Shown in pieces: positions 61,552 through 64,000 of a stretch of 64,000 bases of DNA. Position 1 is the first letter of the stretch. The number at the start of each line of letters is the position of its first letter. The notes below the pieces were generated by a model that was given only the letters and a program-made list of their open reading frames with translations, ran no database searches and was not told where the DNA came from. Both the position numbers and the translations under genes were made by a program. The stretch comes from an uncultured delta proteobacterium (GTDB lineage Bacteria; Myxococcota; Myxococcia; Myxococcales; Myxococcaceae): positions 522,293 to 586,292 of the forward strand of contig CAVYSY010000033.1 of assembly GCA_963771175.1 (NCBI GenBank), written 5' to 3'.

Positions 61552-62629
61552 ATGACGGATGCGGACTTCTTGGCTGAAGCGGAGCGAATTCAGGTCGTGC
61601 TGGCGGAGCACGCCGCGAGACATGACCGGGAGACGTCGTTCCCCGAGGAGGGGCCGAGCTCATCACCCGCTCCCCGTTGAACACGGCGCTGCTGGAGGGC
61701 GCCTCGTGGCAGACCTTCGGTCGGATCGTCAGCATCCTGTCCCGGGGAAACGCCTCGTTCGGGACGGTCTGGCTGATGCACCAGGGCTCGGGCACCAGCT
61801 TCCTGGCGCTGCCGGACCCGGCGCAGGTGGCCGTCTTCGCGACCGAGTTCCGCCGGCGTGCTGGAATTCGTCGGCAACGCCCTGTCCGAGCCCACCAGCG
61901 GCAACATGTTCCTCATGCCGCGCCAGGAGGCCCGCCGCGTGGAGGGAGGCTGGCGCCTGTCCGGAGCCAAGCGGTTCGTCTGTGGCTGCGAGCACGCCCG
62001 ATACCTGCTCACCAACGCCGTCTGTGATGGGCAGCCCGCCTTCTTCCTCATCGACAAGGACGAGTCCATCCGGGTGGAGGACATCTGGGACACGATGGGC
62101 ATGCGGGCCACCCGGAGCCAGCTCCTGCACTTCCAGGACACGCTGCTGCCGGAGTCCCGGCGACTGGCGTTGGATCCCACCCAGCCCAATCCCATCGCCG
62201 CGGGGCTGCCGTGGATCTCCCTGGGATCGCCGAGGCGGCCATGGCCTTCGCCATTGAGTACGCGAGAGAGCGCAGGCTGCCCCGGAGAACCGCCCCATCG
62301 CGGGAATGCAGTGGATACAGTTCGCGGTGGCGGACATGAGCATCCGCCTGGAAGCGGCCCGGTCCCTGGCCCAGCGCTCGGCCATCGCCACGGACCGTCG
62401 CGAGCCGGACTTCCCCGTGCTCCGATGCAGGCCAAGGTCGTGGCCAACGAGGCGGCGGTAGCCATCGCCACCTCCGCCCTGGAGCTGGCGGGAGGCTCGG
62501 GCTACCTGCGCAGCCGCCCCATCGAGCGCTACCTGCGGGATGCAATGAGCGGCCCGCTGATCGGCCTGGTCTCCCGCGGTCATCCGGGACTTCCTCGGCA
62601 AGACCCTGCTGGGGCTCAACGGCCGCTGA
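61552..62629 (+). pseudogene. Acyl-CoA dehydrogenase-family protein, several frameshifts
   Basis: AARHDRETSFP, ALSEP, LSGAKRFVCG, WDTMGMRATRS, AKVVANE, GGSGY, IERYLRDA. Confidence 0.78.
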
Positions 62630-62648
62630 GCTCGGGCCTAAGCTTTGG

Positions 62649-63650
62649 ATGCGACTTCTGTGGCTGTGCTCAATGGTGATGCTCGGCGTGTCCGCTCCCG
62701 CACGGGCTGACGACGTCCTCATCGAGTCACGCATTTTGGGGAAGGGGACTGGAGCCACGAGCGCGCCGCCAGTCCGCTCAAGGGTCAACCGGTAAGGCTG
62801 CGCGTTCGCCCGCGTCCGAACGCAAGCGTCCGCTGGTTCCGCATCTACGCGGATATCTCACGCTCTTACAAGAACGCGAACCATCCCTGGGAGCCGAAGC
62901 CCTACCAATGGGTGGGATGGGCCAGGATTTCATACCTGCGCGAGGAGCTTTCCGCCTTGCGGGACCAGTGGGAAATCTCGCCGGTGGGACCGGATGGGAG
63001 CGTGGTCCGCGGCGGAGGGAACGCAGCGCTGTCACCACATCCGACGGAGAGCCCACACTACCGGTCAGACGTGGGTACCTTCTGGCTTCAGGCGGAGGTC
63101 GACGAGGGCGGCAGAACGCTGGAGAGTTTCCGCGGGAATCGACTCGGGCGACTACCGAGGACTGTCGCCCCGGGTCTTTCAACTCTCGATTCGCGACGGC
63201 GATGGATACCTCGGTTACGTGACTTCGTTCTTCAACATGCCGGGGCTCTTCGGCTCGGTACCCGCCAAAGCTTCCACTACATCGGAGTCGACTGCGCGGA
63301 TGTCCTGATGGCGGCGCGCTTCAGGTGGAGGGGCCGGACGCTTGGAGCGCGACTACAACGTGGCCGCGCTGGTGAAGGAGCTTCCGAATTCGATTCACGT
63401 GACGCTCGCGAAGGGCGAGCCGACGCGGCGCGTGGAGATTGGACGCGACGTGAGGCCCGGCGACCTGCTCGCGGTGAGGTACGCGGGCGCCCGGCAGTAT
63501 GGTCACATCGGGACCTTCTATGCGGACGCCAACCAGAACGGCGTGCTCGACGGCGAGGACCTCGTCCTTCACGCGGGACCGGACGCGTTGCACACCTCGA
63601 GGCTCGACGAGGGCGGCTTCGACGGCGAGGTTGCGGTCCTGCGGCCGTAG
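62649..63650 (+). pseudogene. Secreted protein, possible NlpC/P60-like amidase; several frameshifts
   Basis: Signal peptide MRLLWLCSMVMLG..ARA; YIGVDCADV, PGDLL, YGHIG in successive frames. Confidence 0.45.
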
Positions 63651-63724
63651 GGAGGAGTCACCGGCGCGCAGCAGCGCAGCGGCTCAATGGCGAAGCTGGG
63701 AGAACGCCACGAGCGTGGCCGACT

Positions 63725-63775
63725 TGAGGCCTGCCCCGGTTTTGTGGACACACCTCATAAGTCGGCTACACGGGA
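63725..63775 (+). mobile_element. Probable IS3-family terminal inverted repeat (isolated end)
   Basis: TGAGGCCTGCCCCGGTTTTGTGGACAC, 5'-TG start and pattern typical of IS3 ends; no transposase follows. Confidence 0.45.
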
Positions 63776-63892
63776 GGAAAGCTCGAGGGCACCGGGAAGA
63801 CCATGCGCCACCTCAAGGTGCGCAGCGCCGCGGACCTCGACGAGGCGAGCATCCTGCGCTGGGTGAAGGCCGCGGTGGCGCCCCACTCCTGA
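63776..63892 (+). pseudogene. DUF1801-like C-terminal remnant
   Basis: GKLEGTGKTMRHLKVRS...WVKAAV*. Confidence 0.55.
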
Positions 63893-64000
63893 AGGAGGCA
63901 CGCCCGGAGGGTGAGGCCGCCCGCGGAGAAATAGCGCAGCGCTGAAGCTCGCCCCCCGAGCGTGCAGGCGCCCATACACTTCGTCTGGGGCGGATACGTG

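Overview
GC-rich (roughly 70%) bacterial DNA whose gene content and codon style point to a myxobacterium (Myxococcales/Archangiaceae-like; inference). About 50 protein genes; no rRNA, tRNA or CRISPR array was seen. Main blocks: (i) two paralogous lipoprotein M4 metalloproteases; (ii) a geosmin synthase carrying two GPTGLGT motifs followed by two cNMP-domain Family 2B encapsulin shell genes; (iii) a MEDS / hybrid histidine kinase / DUF2267 operon; (iv) a five-gene envelope operon (transglutaminase-7TM, ATP-grasp ligase, TPR protein, TPR lipoprotein, putative beta-barrel); (v) an orphan class I terpene cyclase; (vi) an apparently uncharacterised small-molecule cluster (MATE, CapA-like metallophosphoesterase, GNAT/N-acyltransferase, heme-oxygenase-like diiron enzyme) with a divergent PLP decarboxylase; (vii) several IS91/IS3 scars and gene remnants. 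Many genes are broken by single-base insertions that look like sequencing/assembly errors rather than real pseudogenisation. All family assignments come from motifs recognised by eye, not from database searches.
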